A stretch of DNA of 64,000 nt from an uncultured Candidatus Hydrogenedens sp. (GCA_902574205.1 CACGMS010000001.1:41819-105818), one strand, 5' to 3'; positions 44,273-53,899 are shown, numbered from the stretch's first letter. The notes: a model not told the origin generated them from the letters alone. Translations and numbers: made by a program.

Positions 44273-45344
44273 TCGTCAACACTTTGTATCTAAAATCACC
44301 CTGTGCTTGGGTGGGTTGTTGGTCTTTGGATTCGTTCTGCAAGAGCTCAACCGCCGAAGCATCCCTGAGCGCGAGCGCTGGTCGCTCGCGCCGGGGCCAG
44401 GGGTGACGGTCAAACTCGATCGCCCCGCGGACACCTTTCGCGAGCTTGAGTGGACTGATGGGTCGCTTGAACTGCCCGCCCGCTGGTTGGAAATTGTACC
44501 CGGCCCTGGGTACTTGATCGCCAATTCCATACTCAAGTCACTGGCGAGCGATTTGTTGCTCGATACTCGCTATCCGGTGGAGCTGGGCTATCGAACCACA
44601 GCCGACAATGAACGCGTTCGATTCATCGTTGTCAGCACGAAAAATAGCGCCATTGCGTCTGCCAACTTAGGCAAGCTCTTGAACGTGGAGTCCGGCGCAG
44701 GCCAGGTCGCGACGATCAGTCGAGGTGCTTTGATCGGACAGACGCTGGTTTGGAAGTCTGCGCGCCGTCAACTCGCAGTGGTTGTCGGTTCGTCCAAAGA
44801 CCAAGCGCAGCATGTTCTCGATCAGATCAAGGCGGCGAATGAACCGTCCTCCAACGGGGTTCGATTAAGCTATCAGGTTGCGACACAAGCCGCGCAGGTT
44901 GACTCGCTCAGTCTTGCGCTCAGCTTTGAGGGCTTGGCGCTCAAGCTCAAAGGCAAGGCCACTACACGAGCAATCTTATCCTCTGCACCCATCGATAAAG
45001 AAAAGGTCCACTTAGCTGTTCGAAGCACCTCAAGCATGCAACCGCTTTGGGTCCTTGAGCAGCCAGATGGTTCATGGTGTCAGCGTGGTCTGACGCCCGT
45101 TTGGCAAAAGGCGATCGGCGCCACTGAGCGTTGCGTCAATGATCCACCTTTGGGTGCTTATGTTCATCTTTCAGATCGGATCTTTGACCGTTTCGATCTA
45201 CCATGGCTAGGCGCCGAGGTGACCTTTGAGCAAAGCGATCAAAGCGTCGTGATTGCAGGGGAGGCAATGGCGACCACCACTCCTCGGTTCTTTCCCATCT
45301 ATCGACAACTCAAGTCGCTAATGGGCGCTGAGCGTGTTCGGTAG
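44259..45344 (+). CDS. Hypothetical membrane-anchored protein
   Basis: It overlaps the upstream gene by 14 nt, so the two are likely co-transcribed. There is one N-terminal TM segment (ITLCLGGLLVFGFVL). No family was recognised. Confidence 0.7.
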   Translation: MAQADRQHFVSKITLCLGGLLVFGFVLQELNRRSIPERERWSLAPGPGVTVKLDRPADTFRELEWTDGSLELPARWLEIVPGPGYLIANSILKSLASDLLLDTRYPVELGYRTTADNERVRFIVVSTKNSAIASANLGKLLNVESGAGQVATISRGALIGQTLVWKSARRQLAVVVGSSKDQAQHVLDQIKAANEPSSNGVRLSYQVATQAAQVDSLSLALSFEGLALKLKGKATTRAILSSAPIDKEKVHLAVRSTSSMQPLWVLEQPDGSWCQRGLTPVWQKAIGATERCVNDPPLGAYVHLSDRIFDRFDLPWLGAEVTFEQSDQSVVIAGEAMATTTPRFFPIYRQLKSLMGAERVR

Positions 45345-45365
45345 TCGCTCGGTTTCGTGGTGCAG

Positions 45366-46568
45366 CTAATCGTTTATTGCGTCGTGAAAAAAGTCCACGA
45401 CAGCAGCGCGCTCTGAGGTGTCTGTAATGGTTGGGTTTCCAAGTTGTCCATGCGAGTTGTCTCCCCAACAGTAGGTATAGCCTCCTACGCTTACTGAGAT
45501 GCGCGCACAGCTAAAGGTCTTTCCGCCTGTGAACTGAACCCATTGCAGGTTGGGTAAGATTTCAACTTTTGCAATCCCGCTTTCATTCGGTTCACCGCCC
45601 AATTGACCGTACGAGTTATCGCCCCAGCAGACCGGGTGTCGGCCATCCGAATCGATCGCACACGTGTGGTTATCAGCGCAAAACACTTTGTCAGGAACCA
45701 TGGCAAGATTGATAACCTTTGGCGAGAGGTTACCGCCTGGATTGTTAGGCTGAATTTGCCCAAAGCTGTTATCGCCCCAGCACTGAACTTGTGGTCGGTC
45801 GTTCTCTCCTGTTTTGAGGATAACGCACGCGTGTTGGCGACCTACACAGAGTGAGTCGGGGTTAAGCTGACCGTCATTAGGTATGTCGAGAATCACCCTT
45901 GGTTCAGTGGGAAACGGATCCGCCTGCGTCGTTTGGCGTCCCCAGCAAATGACTTTGGATGGATTGAGCGTGACGGCACAGATATGGTCGTCGCCGACAT
46001 CAAAGGATTGGACGCTAATTGGTTGATCGTTCAGCTCCAACTGGAGCTCAAAAGGCGTGCGGTCGTTGGCGTCATTTTGACCAGGAAAAACCTGATACGA
46101 AGTGTCGCCCCAACAGGTGAGCGTGCCAAAGCCCGTATCATCTCGCTGCTGTGCGCAGGTTTTGGTTGAGCTTGATTTGATGGTCCGAAATTCACCGCTC
46201 ACGAGGAGCGTCGCCGCTTCTTGCGTGTCGTTGTGGCCAAAGACACCGTTGGGTGACTGCCCTGCACAGAGCACCTGACCGTCGACGCGTAAGCCGCAGA
46301 TCGTTGTACCGGTGACAGCGATCTGTTCAATGCCTTCTGATTGATTGATGGAAAACGGTAGCTCATAGGTTCGCCAGGGTGCACCTAAACTACCCCAGCA
46401 ACGAGTTTTTTCTGCGCCCGCTGCGGCGCAGACGAGGTCATCGACAGCGTCAATATGCTGCGGATCGTATTGATTGTAGTTGTATCCATCGAGCGGGTGA
46501 TTTCGCTCGGAGCTAATCGGGAGGCAGCTAAGACTTGATATCAGCGCCACAATGAGTAACGGCTTCAT
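45366..46568 (-). CDS. RCC1-repeat beta-propeller lipoprotein
   Basis: The ATG at 46568-46566 overlaps the upstream TGA (46567-46565) as ATGA. The lipobox is MKPLLIVALISSLSC. The blades include RCWGS, TCWGDTSYQ, ICWGRQ, QCWGDNSFGQ, VCWGDNSYGQLG and YCWGDNSHGQLG. Confidence 0.85.
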   Translation of the reverse strand: MKPLLIVALISSLSCLPISSERNHPLDGYNYNQYDPQHIDAVDDLVCAAAGAEKTRCWGSLGAPWRTYELPFSINQSEGIEQIAVTGTTICGLRVDGQVLCAGQSPNGVFGHNDTQEAATLLVSGEFRTIKSSSTKTCAQQRDDTGFGTLTCWGDTSYQVFPGQNDANDRTPFELQLELNDQPISVQSFDVGDDHICAVTLNPSKVICWGRQTTQADPFPTEPRVILDIPNDGQLNPDSLCVGRQHACVILKTGENDRPQVQCWGDNSFGQIQPNNPGGNLSPKVINLAMVPDKVFCADNHTCAIDSDGRHPVCWGDNSYGQLGGEPNESGIAKVEILPNLQWVQFTGGKTFSCARISVSVGGYTYCWGDNSHGQLGNPTITDTSERAAVVDFFHDAIND

Positions 46569-47350
46569 CGAGAGCTCCAAAATGACCAAAGATTCAAGCT
46601 TACGCCGAGCGCTCCAATGGCCACTGCCGTCATGCGCGCTGCGCCGAACTGATCGATCTGCTGCGTGAGATGGTTGTCCGCCGCATAGAGTGCATCCTCA
46701 TCTAAGGCGTGGTCGTAGTCTTGGCGCGCCTGGATCAAATCATCGGTTGAAGGCGCCATTACAGCGAAGACCCCCACGCTCGACCCGAGTAATGCCAAGC
46801 CCAACCATGAAAATCGGCGCGGTTGAAGCTGTTTGGTCGTCTGGGCGGGGTTGTTTTGAACGGGTTTTTGGCTTGCGCCCTCTGATGTTTTTGATGGCTT
46901 GCCAAATGCCTGAACAAGCATTTTATGGACATCGTTGGTGAGTCCATCAACGAGTTGGTCTTCATTGTCATAAATCGTAGACGAGCGAGTTACGACACGT
47001 GCTTCCTCAACGGCGAGCAGTTTGATGTTGAGCATGAGTCGGCTGCCTACTTGACCGACGGAACTCGTCAGTAAGTAAGGCACGCCAAGCGCCCCACCGA
47101 GCTCCGCAAGGCAGTTGCTGTCACCGCAGCCGAGCGCTGTCTTTTGTTGCTCGAGATCGAGCATTTCACGCATGTCGCTCGCACCGAGTATTTGACCAAA
47201 GACCGGGCTCCTTTGAAACTCGGTGATTAGCCGCTCGTTTAGTAAAGAGCCGACGCCCTGAGATAAGCCGGCTTCGACTTTCATATCCATCACCGCTAGA
47301 CCGGGTTTGGGGCTTGACAGCGTCGCCATCAAAACAAGTGCCACAGGCAT
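46565..47350 (-). CDS. Membrane-anchored protein carrying the GC-x4-C / ALGVPYLL module
   Basis: The module is ...LLNERLITEFQRSPVFGQILGASDMREMLDLEQQKTALGCGDSNCLAELGGALGVPYLLTSSVGQVGSRLMLNIKLLAVEEARV. The C-terminal hydrophobic hairpin flanks ARQDYD. Confidence 0.82.
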   Translation of the reverse strand: MPVALVLMATLSSPKPGLAVMDMKVEAGLSQGVGSLLNERLITEFQRSPVFGQILGASDMREMLDLEQQKTALGCGDSNCLAELGGALGVPYLLTSSVGQVGSRLMLNIKLLAVEEARVVTRSSTIYDNEDQLVDGLTNDVHKMLVQAFGKPSKTSEGASQKPVQNNPAQTTKQLQPRRFSWLGLALLGSSVGVFAVMAPSTDDLIQARQDYDHALDEDALYAADNHLTQQIDQFGAARMTAVAIGALGVSLNLWSFWSSR

Positions 47351-47378
47351 GGGTTAATCAATCCATTCATTTGAAATA

Positions 47379-48278
47379 GTGACCGCGAATATGCATTATC
47401 CGTTGGGTGATGCAAGGTTCATCGTAACCCAAAGGGACCAGATTGAACGGGCGCCCGAAGCGAGGGGGTGGCTAAGAACTCTTCGCGCTGGTCGGTTCGG
47501 AGTGATGATTCTCATGCTTTATGCGCTTGGTGTCTTTCTGGGTTTCGCCGTTCTTGAGCGCGTAGCAAGCGGGTATGCATGGCCGCGTGAGCCGTGGTGG
47601 ATCGTGCGTGGGCTCTTTTGGTTTGGCGCCAATTTAGCGGTTGGTCATTATGCGTCGATTGAGCTGCACGATTTGGTCGCTCATCACACCCTGATCGATC
47701 TGCATTTCCTGGGTCTATGGGCAGCCCTACCAGCGCTGTTTGTCTATGAGTTATTGACCTATGGTTTTCATCGAGCGCTCCATGCGCACCCCCTCTTGTG
47801 GCGGGTGCACCAGCTACACCACAGCTCGGAACGAATTGACGTGTGGTCGACTTGGCGCTCCCACCCGTTTGAGCAAGTCGTCTACACCACCTCGTCCGTT
47901 CTCGTCTCGGTGGGCTTGATGGGAACCACGGGTGAAGCCGCTTTTTTAGTGTCGATCGTGTTGTTGCTCGTCGGGCATCTGCAGCATTCGAATTTGAGGA
48001 CACCTCGGTGGCTTGGATACTGGGTTGCGCGGCCGGAAAATCACATGCTGCACCACGCTCGTGGCGCTCATGTACTCAACTATTCCGACTTTCCGGTGAT
48101 CGATATGCTGTTTGGTACTTTTGCGCTTCCGCACGAGGCACCCGCTGAGGTGGGCTTTTGGAATGGAGCGTCGAGATGCGTGATGCGCATGATGGGCGGT
48201 GTTGATGTGACCATAGCTCCGCGATCAAAAGAGCCCTTGGTGGGTCTCGACGACGGTCCTCTTGGCCCTTTGGAATAA
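47379..48278 (+). CDS. Fatty acid hydroxylase / sterol desaturase superfamily membrane di-iron protein
   Basis: The histidine boxes are HRALH, HQLHH and HMLHH, set among hydrophobic segments. The start is GTG 47379 or ATG 47391. Confidence 0.82.
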   Translation: MTANMHYPLGDARFIVTQRDQIERAPEARGWLRTLRAGRFGVMILMLYALGVFLGFAVLERVASGYAWPREPWWIVRGLFWFGANLAVGHYASIELHDLVAHHTLIDLHFLGLWAALPALFVYELLTYGFHRALHAHPLLWRVHQLHHSSERIDVWSTWRSHPFEQVVYTTSSVLVSVGLMGTTGEAAFLVSIVLLLVGHLQHSNLRTPRWLGYWVARPENHMLHHARGAHVLNYSDFPVIDMLFGTFALPHEAPAEVGFWNGASRCVMRMMGGVDVTIAPRSKEPLVGLDDGPLGPLE

Positions 48279-48332
48279 TTGGTAGCAGCAAGCCTTTGAA
48301 AGCGTCAGAGAGTGCTCAGGGAGTCAGTCTTC

Positions 48333-49061
48333 ATGTTTCGCCTCGCAGTCATCGCTTGCCTTTGTCTGGTGCCCGCTGTCGGTCACGCAGAGCAGCCTGT
48401 CTTTGGTATGATGCCGCGCTGGGCGAACGGGTGGGGTATCCAAACGCAATATGAGTACCAAGATACGACACAAGAGCAGAGCCACGTGCTTCACTTGGAA
48501 GGTGTCTACACCTGGGCGCGGTGGATTCGAGTCACGTACAAAGTACCTTTTGTGGTCGAGGGGCGTGCTGCGGGAGCGACCGCAAGCGAGCGTGGTCTGG
48601 GAACGCCGGTTTTGGCGATGCCCCTCAAGAAGTATTTCAACCACGACGGATTGAGCGGGTCATGGTCATTCACGCCCCACGTCTTTTTGCCCGTGGCCAC
48701 AACTGCATTGGATCACAGCGACGAGTATGGGGGAGTGAGTCTGAGCTATGCCCATGAAACCTACTATGATGCCGTCGATTTCGGCACGGCATTTCACGCC
48801 GTCGAAGGCGGTGAGTTTGAGGGGCACGCAATGGCGAGCTACGGGCGCAAGGTCTACGGTTTCGGAACCTTTGGTATCGGGCGACTCCGGCTTGACAGCA
48901 AGTGGCGCACGACCGGTGGTTATGAACTGCGCGCAGGGGGGGTGGCGTACTGGAAGTTTACTGACCTGGTCCATGCACAGGTGACCATGATGCGCAGCTT
49001 GGCCGCTGATGAGTTTGCCGAGGGAACATGGCTCCGTGGCGGCGTGGGTATGGTGTTTTAG
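48333..49061 (+). CDS. Putative outer-membrane beta-barrel protein
   Basis: GGGAG lies 9 nt before the ATG at 48333. The signal peptide is MFRLAVIACLCLVPAVGHA. The sequence alternates aromatic and Gly strands and ends ...GVGMVF with a terminal aromatic residue. Confidence 0.7.
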   Translation: MFRLAVIACLCLVPAVGHAEQPVFGMMPRWANGWGIQTQYEYQDTTQEQSHVLHLEGVYTWARWIRVTYKVPFVVEGRAAGATASERGLGTPVLAMPLKKYFNHDGLSGSWSFTPHVFLPVATTALDHSDEYGGVSLSYAHETYYDAVDFGTAFHAVEGGEFEGHAMASYGRKVYGFGTFGIGRLRLDSKWRTTGGYELRAGGVAYWKFTDLVHAQVTMMRSLAADEFAEGTWLRGGVGMVF

Positions 49062-49314
49062 CGGCTGTGCTTGGTCACGAGTTTCGAGTGGACAGGGCAC
49101 CGCCGTGCTCGAAATGATCGATTTGGTCGTTTTTTGTTGGATAAACCGAAATAAAAGACCAATTAAGCTGTCGACTAGGTGTGACGGCACTGACCTGCGC
49201 TTTGTCACGATTGAGTACAGTGTGTCGTTGGACGGTAAACACTCCGGTATGGGGATTGTCATTGTTAACCTGATCGAGCATGAGCAGGTCAGAAAGATTT
49301 CGAGGGCTTGATTT

Positions 49315-50943
49315 ATGGCGTACGAAATACCCGTTCTGTACGGCACCGAAACCGGCAACGCCGAATACTGCGCTGATATCTTGGCTGATCGAATGCGTGA
49401 GGAAGGCTTTACGGCGAAGTCCATCGACATGGAAGACTTTGACCCGGCAAGCCTGGCGTCGGAGCGCATGATCATTGTGATCACCAGCACGTATGGAAAC
49501 GGCGATGCGCCGAGTAACGCTGAAGAGCTGCTTGAGCATCTGCAGACCGAAGCGTTGAACCTAAGTCACTTGCGCTTCGCCGTGTGCGGGCTCGGGGACA
49601 CCTCGTTTTCTCACTTCGCCCAGTGCGGCAAGGATTTTGAGAAGGCGCTGCTTCGGTGTCAGGCAAAGCCGATGTTTGATCGGGTGGATTGCGACGCGCA
49701 CTTTGAGCCTGAGTTTGAGGCGTTTACTGAAACAATGGTCTCGTTCTTAAACAGCAACAAAGGCTTACTTGACGGTGAGTCGGCAGCAAACGAGACGCCG
49801 TTGGCGGCGAGTGAGGGTGGCGAAGGGAAGGGTTGGTCTCGCGAACGGCCCTTTGCGTCCACTGTGGTTGAGAAGCGACTTTTGTCGAAGGCGGGCTCGG
49901 GTAAAGAGACCATGCATTACGAGTTCGACCTGTCAGGCTCAGGGATCGAGTTTCATGTGGGTGATTGTCTTGGCGTTCACCCGGTCAACCGCCAGGTTGA
50001 CATCGCCGCAGTCGTTCAGGCGCTGGGCGCTCAAGGCACCGAGTCAGTGGTCTGGCAGCAAATGGAGTGCACGCTGACCGAAGCGCTTGAGCGAGCCTGC
50101 TTGCAGCAAGTGACGGGCGCTTGCGTCACCTATCTTGCTGGGCTCGACGGAGCGCAGACCGGTCCTGCGGCGCAGGCACTGTCTCAAGGTGAGGAAGCAA
50201 TCGCTAAGTATGTTGAGTCCGTCCACGTGGTTGACGCATTGAACGGTAATCCGACGAGTGGGCTTGAGCTTTCTGCACTTTTGAAGGTGCTGCGCAAGCT
50301 CCAACCTCGCTTGTTCTCGGTGGCGTCGTCGCCAACGAGGGCACCCGAGCAGGTCGGCTTTACCATCGAGACTTTACGGTACCAGTGGCATGATCGCGAG
50401 GTGCACGGCGTGGCAAGCTGTTGGCTCGCCGATCGCATTGATGTGGGACAAAGGGTTGGGGTCTATCCCGTCAAAAACCAGAGTTTTCATTTCCCCTATG
50501 ATGAGCGACCGGTGATCATGCTGGGTCCGGGTACAGGCATCGCTCCGTTTCGAGGCTACCTTGATGAGCTCGAAGCAACCGGCTCGAAAAACCCAACATG
50601 GTTGTTCTTTGGTCATCAACACCAAGCGTACGATTATTTGTACCGTGAAGAGATCGAGCGATGGCTTGAGTCTGGCGTTTTGGATCGTGCGGATTTCGCT
50701 TGGTCACGCGACCAGGACCACAAAGTCTATGTTCAAGACCGTTTGCTCGATCGAGCGAGTGATGTGTGGTCGTGGATAGAGCGTGGCGCTGTTGTTTATG
50801 TGTGCGGCGATGCGATGGGAATGGCTCCAGCGGTGGCCGACGCCTTTGCGCAGATTGCGCAAACGCAGGGTGGGCAAGCCGACGGTTCAGCATGGCTGAA
50901 TGCTCTCATTGATGAGGGGCGCTACAAGACCGATGTGTATTAG
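49315..50943 (+). CDS. Diflavin reductase (flavodoxin + FAD/NADPH domains; CysJ / P450-reductase-like)
   Basis: The FMN domain is VLYGTETGNAEYCADILA...ITSTYGNGDAP. The FAD site is RLFSVASSP. The NADPH site is MLGPGTGIAPFRGYL...YVCGDAMGMAPAV. Confidence 0.88.
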   Translation: MAYEIPVLYGTETGNAEYCADILADRMREEGFTAKSIDMEDFDPASLASERMIIVITSTYGNGDAPSNAEELLEHLQTEALNLSHLRFAVCGLGDTSFSHFAQCGKDFEKALLRCQAKPMFDRVDCDAHFEPEFEAFTETMVSFLNSNKGLLDGESAANETPLAASEGGEGKGWSRERPFASTVVEKRLLSKAGSGKETMHYEFDLSGSGIEFHVGDCLGVHPVNRQVDIAAVVQALGAQGTESVVWQQMECTLTEALERACLQQVTGACVTYLAGLDGAQTGPAAQALSQGEEAIAKYVESVHVVDALNGNPTSGLELSALLKVLRKLQPRLFSVASSPTRAPEQVGFTIETLRYQWHDREVHGVASCWLADRIDVGQRVGVYPVKNQSFHFPYDERPVIMLGPGTGIAPFRGYLDELEATGSKNPTWLFFGHQHQAYDYLYREEIERWLESGVLDRADFAWSRDQDHKVYVQDRLLDRASDVWSWIERGAVVYVCGDAMGMAPAVADAFAQIAQTQGGQADGSAWLNALIDEGRYKTDVY

Positions 50944-51055
50944 ATTGTATGGAGGCTTTGGGTCGCGAGTTCCCTTGGCTGTTTCGAGTTACGGATCTGG
51001 CTGAATCCAGATCGCTCTCAAATGTTGATCGCCACGAAGGCGAGAAGGTAGTGTC

Positions 51056-51604
51056 ATGATGAAGAAGATTTCTGTGGTCCTCGCGTTGAGTGCTCTAGCA
51101 GCTTGCTCAAGCACAAACGCGCAAGAAAAGAAGGCGCCTGCGCAGGCGGAGAAGCCAACGGCTGCCAAGCCTGAGGTCAAGAAAGAAGTTAAAGCGCCGA
51201 CCCCCGCCGCGGTTGAGATTCCAGCGGATGCGGTGAAGATTGTGATTGAAGGTAATGATGCCATGCAGTTCAATCTGAAAGAGGTCAAAGTTGCTGCGGG
51301 CAGTACGGTCGCCTTGACCCTTAACCACGTGGGTAAAATCGCGAAAGCAGCAATGGGGCATAATATTGTCATCCTTGCTGCAGGTACGGATGTGAACAAG
51401 TTCGCGGCGAGTGCGATGACCGCCAAGGATGAAGACTATGTTCCGAGCGCCCAAGCGGCTTCGGTGATTGCTGCGACCAAGCTCATTGGTGGTGGTGAGT
51501 CCGATACGGTCGTCTTTAAGGCACCTGCTGCCGGAACCTATGACTTCATTTGTTCGTTTCCAGGGCACTATGCCGTGATGAAGGGTAAGTTCATCGTCGA
51601 GTAG
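51056..51604 (+). CDS. azu: Lipid-anchored azurin (blue copper protein)
   Basis: The lipobox is LSALAAC, followed by an A/K/P/E linker. The cupredoxin core is IEGNDAMQFN...AMGHNIVIL...KLIGGGESDTVVF...YDFICSFPGHYAVMKGKFIV. It carries the azurin Cu ligands (H, C, H, M) in the canonical context. Confidence 0.9.
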   Translation: MMKKISVVLALSALAACSSTNAQEKKAPAQAEKPTAAKPEVKKEVKAPTPAAVEIPADAVKIVIEGNDAMQFNLKEVKVAAGSTVALTLNHVGKIAKAAMGHNIVILAAGTDVNKFAASAMTAKDEDYVPSAQAASVIAATKLIGGGESDTVVFKAPAAGTYDFICSFPGHYAVMKGKFIVE

Positions 51605-51616
51605 TCGCCGCTGAGG

Positions 51617-52540
51617 TTAAGCTATGGTGGGGCCACCCAGAATGGCGAAGACCGTAAATTGAGGTAGCCAATGGCTGTAAGCGAGCCGATCGCCCTGCCA
51701 CTTTGAGTGGAGGGCATCGGCCGCTTTAATATGCGCAACCGACTGGTCCAACCAGCGACTGTCATGGGTTGCTTGATACGCAGCAATCAAGCCCCAAACC
51801 CTCGATGCATTAATGCCCATATGATGAACGGAGTGATACTCACTGACCGTCGCTTCAGGTTGCATGTCGTGTCGCTCGATCCACGCCTTTAGGCGTTGAT
51901 TCCCAAGCGCCCTTTGGATCACGATGGTTTGCAATGCCCAGCGTGAAAAGAAATAGCCTGGCTGCTTGCTGTCTTGGGATAAGTCGGCTGGATTGTTCAG
52001 GATCTGTTCTTCGATTCGAACCTTCCAGTCGTTCAGCTCTTTCTCGTTTCCACATCGGCTATACCAGGTTTGGAGTGCACTGAGGACGAAGCAGGGCTCT
52101 TGGTAATCTTTGCCGCCGCTGCTGAGATTTTGTGGTCTGAGCCAGGTGGCGAGATCGTCCGCAATTGCCTGGGCTTTTGGCTCATGATCAGTCGCGCATT
52201 CATGTAGGAGGAGCGCACTCATCAAATACAGAAGCCAGGCGCGACCATAGGGTCGCTCAAAATGCGGCTCGGCTTCGAGTCGCGCAAAGACGTGATCGAG
52301 CGCTTCGCTGTCGAGACGACTGACCATCCAATCCGCTTGGGCTTGCCAGCCCATCGCCTGACTACCCAGGAGCATGGCGAGATGACCATGAACCGCCGAG
52401 TGCCAATCCCAACATCCATGAAAGATCGGATCTTCTGTATCCATTTGGCGCATCTCTGTCGAAATGACTGCCAGATACTTGAGCAGTAATGTTTTTCGCT
52501 CTTTGGGCGCAATCAGTTGGTGCTTTGTCTGCGTCATCAA
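51617..52540 (-). CDS. DUF2891-like protein (tentative)
   Basis: HGCWDWHSAVHGHLAML resembles the DUF2891 signature as I remember it. The protein is alpha-helical and has no signal peptide. It lies 9 nt downstream of the esterase gene. Confidence 0.6.
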   Translation of the reverse strand: MMTQTKHQLIAPKERKTLLLKYLAVISTEMRQMDTEDPIFHGCWDWHSAVHGHLAMLLGSQAMGWQAQADWMVSRLDSEALDHVFARLEAEPHFERPYGRAWLLYLMSALLLHECATDHEPKAQAIADDLATWLRPQNLSSGGKDYQEPCFVLSALQTWYSRCGNEKELNDWKVRIEEQILNNPADLSQDSKQPGYFFSRWALQTIVIQRALGNQRLKAWIERHDMQPEATVSEYHSVHHMGINASRVWGLIAAYQATHDSRWLDQSVAHIKAADALHSKWQGDRLAYSHWLPQFTVFAILGGPTIA

Positions 52541-52549
52541 TCGGTGCGC

Positions 52550-53899
52550 TCAGGGGTAACAGTTTGCAGCTCGCCCACAATCGTACAGTGGGCGGTGAAG
52601 GCGTTGGACCACGGCACGGTAGTTGTTGTCATTGATGCAGGGTGGATCTTTCGCATCGCAGTGGCTTGAGTCCAGGCAGTGCCGAATACAATTGCGCTGA
52701 GGCGTTTCGCCAAAGCAGCTTTGAAAGCAGTGTTCGAGAACCACGCATGCGGGGGTTGCTTCGCAGCGTGTTGCGAGCTCCGAGCAGTGGGTGTGCAAGC
52801 AGGCGTCGAGTTGCGCGCCGTCTGGCGGTGCTTGGACCGGCTGCGCTTCATGCAGACATTGGCGGAATTGGCGCTCAATATAGGCGATGACCTGGTCTTG
52901 AACGCCACCACGATTGCATTGACGTACGTTGTGTCCGGCACCTCGGGCTAAGATCAATTCCGAGTCTTGACCGAAAGCCAGTAGCGCGTCGTGTAGACGC
53001 TGAGATTGAGGCGTGGGTACGGTACAGTCTGCTGTGCCATGAATCGTCAAAAAGGGCGGCTCGTTACCATCGATGTGAGTGACCGGACTCGCTTGATTCC
53101 AGCGCTCGGGGCAGTCGCTAATCGAGCAGCCTGCCAGCATGGTCTCCGGTGAGTCCTCGCAGAGATGACACAAACCGCCTGAAGGGCAATTATTGGTCTG
53201 TGTATCGTCGTCCATCAATGCCAACTCGGCTGGTCCGTAATAATTGATCACAAGATTAACGGCGCTTGAGCTGTTGGCGTTTCCTAAGCTCGGGTCGTCC
53301 AATTCGGTCACGCCCATGCTCGCGCCAAGAAACGCAGCGAGGTGTCCACCCGCAGAGGAGCCAGCGACGGCAATTCGATCAGGGTCAATGCCGTAGGTGC
53401 TGGCGTTGGCGCGCAGCCATCGAATAGCTGCTTTGACGTCAACAAGTGGCGACGGCCAACCTTGATCGGATAAACGATAACCTAAGGCGACCAAGACGTA
53501 GCCTCGGCGGCTAAAATCACCAAAACTGATGACCGATTTCGAGCCGGCACGCCAACCGCCTCCATGGATCCAAACGATCGTAGGGCTTGGTCCTGGGGCT
53601 GTGGTTTCGATGATATCGAGCCTTTGTCGCTCATGATCTGAAGCGTAGGCGATGTCCCGGTGACGGCTGCCCTCTTGGTAGATCAGCTCGCATACTTGCA
53701 TCGGAGTCTCGGTGCCTACGTCGGTTCGACCCGTGTTCCCGCTGTCTCTATGCTCACCAGCATCGATCCATGGTCTTGAGCCCGTGTCCTGAACCAAGTT
53801 TGCATCGACGCGCTGTCCTCCAGCATCAAGGGTAACGGTTTCCTCGGTGCAACCGAAGCTGATGAGTATGCCAATGCATAAGCGTAGATGTTGCATCAT
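52550..53899 (-). CDS. Alpha/beta-hydrolase esterase/lipase lipoprotein with a Cys-rich C-terminal extension
   Basis: I prefer the start MMQHLRLCIGILISFGC, which has a lipobox. The oxyanion motif is IVWIHGGGWRAGS. The nucleophile elbow is GSSAGGHLA. The C-terminal ~100 aa contain 13 Cys residues. Confidence 0.85.
   Translation of the reverse strand: MMQHLRLCIGILISFGCTEETVTLDAGGQRVDANLVQDTGSRPWIDAGEHRDSGNTGRTDVGTETPMQVCELIYQEGSRHRDIAYASDHERQRLDIIETTAPGPSPTIVWIHGGGWRAGSKSVISFGDFSRRGYVLVALGYRLSDQGWPSPLVDVKAAIRWLRANASTYGIDPDRIAVAGSSAGGHLAAFLGASMGVTELDDPSLGNANSSSAVNLVINYYGPAELALMDDDTQTNNCPSGGLCHLCEDSPETMLAGCSISDCPERWNQASPVTHIDGNEPPFLTIHGTADCTVPTPQSQRLHDALLAFGQDSELILARGAGHNVRQCNRGGVQDQVIAYIERQFRQCLHEAQPVQAPPDGAQLDACLHTHCSELATRCEATPACVVLEHCFQSCFGETPQRNCIRHCLDSSHCDAKDPPCINDNNYRAVVQRLHRPLYDCGRAANCYP

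Noticed and set aside
49083-49135. A possible rho-independent terminator after the barrel gene: tttcgag...ctcgaaa followed about 20 nt later by a T-run.
   Set aside because: The stem is only 7 bp with a ~19-nt loop, and the T-tract is not adjacent to the stem. That is too weak to call.
48666-49490. A 274-aa minus-strand ORF spanning the 49062-49314 intergenic region.
   Set aside because: It overlaps the 3' end of the barrel gene and the 5' end of the diflavin reductase gene, both well supported. Its translation looks non-protein-like and it has no RBS.
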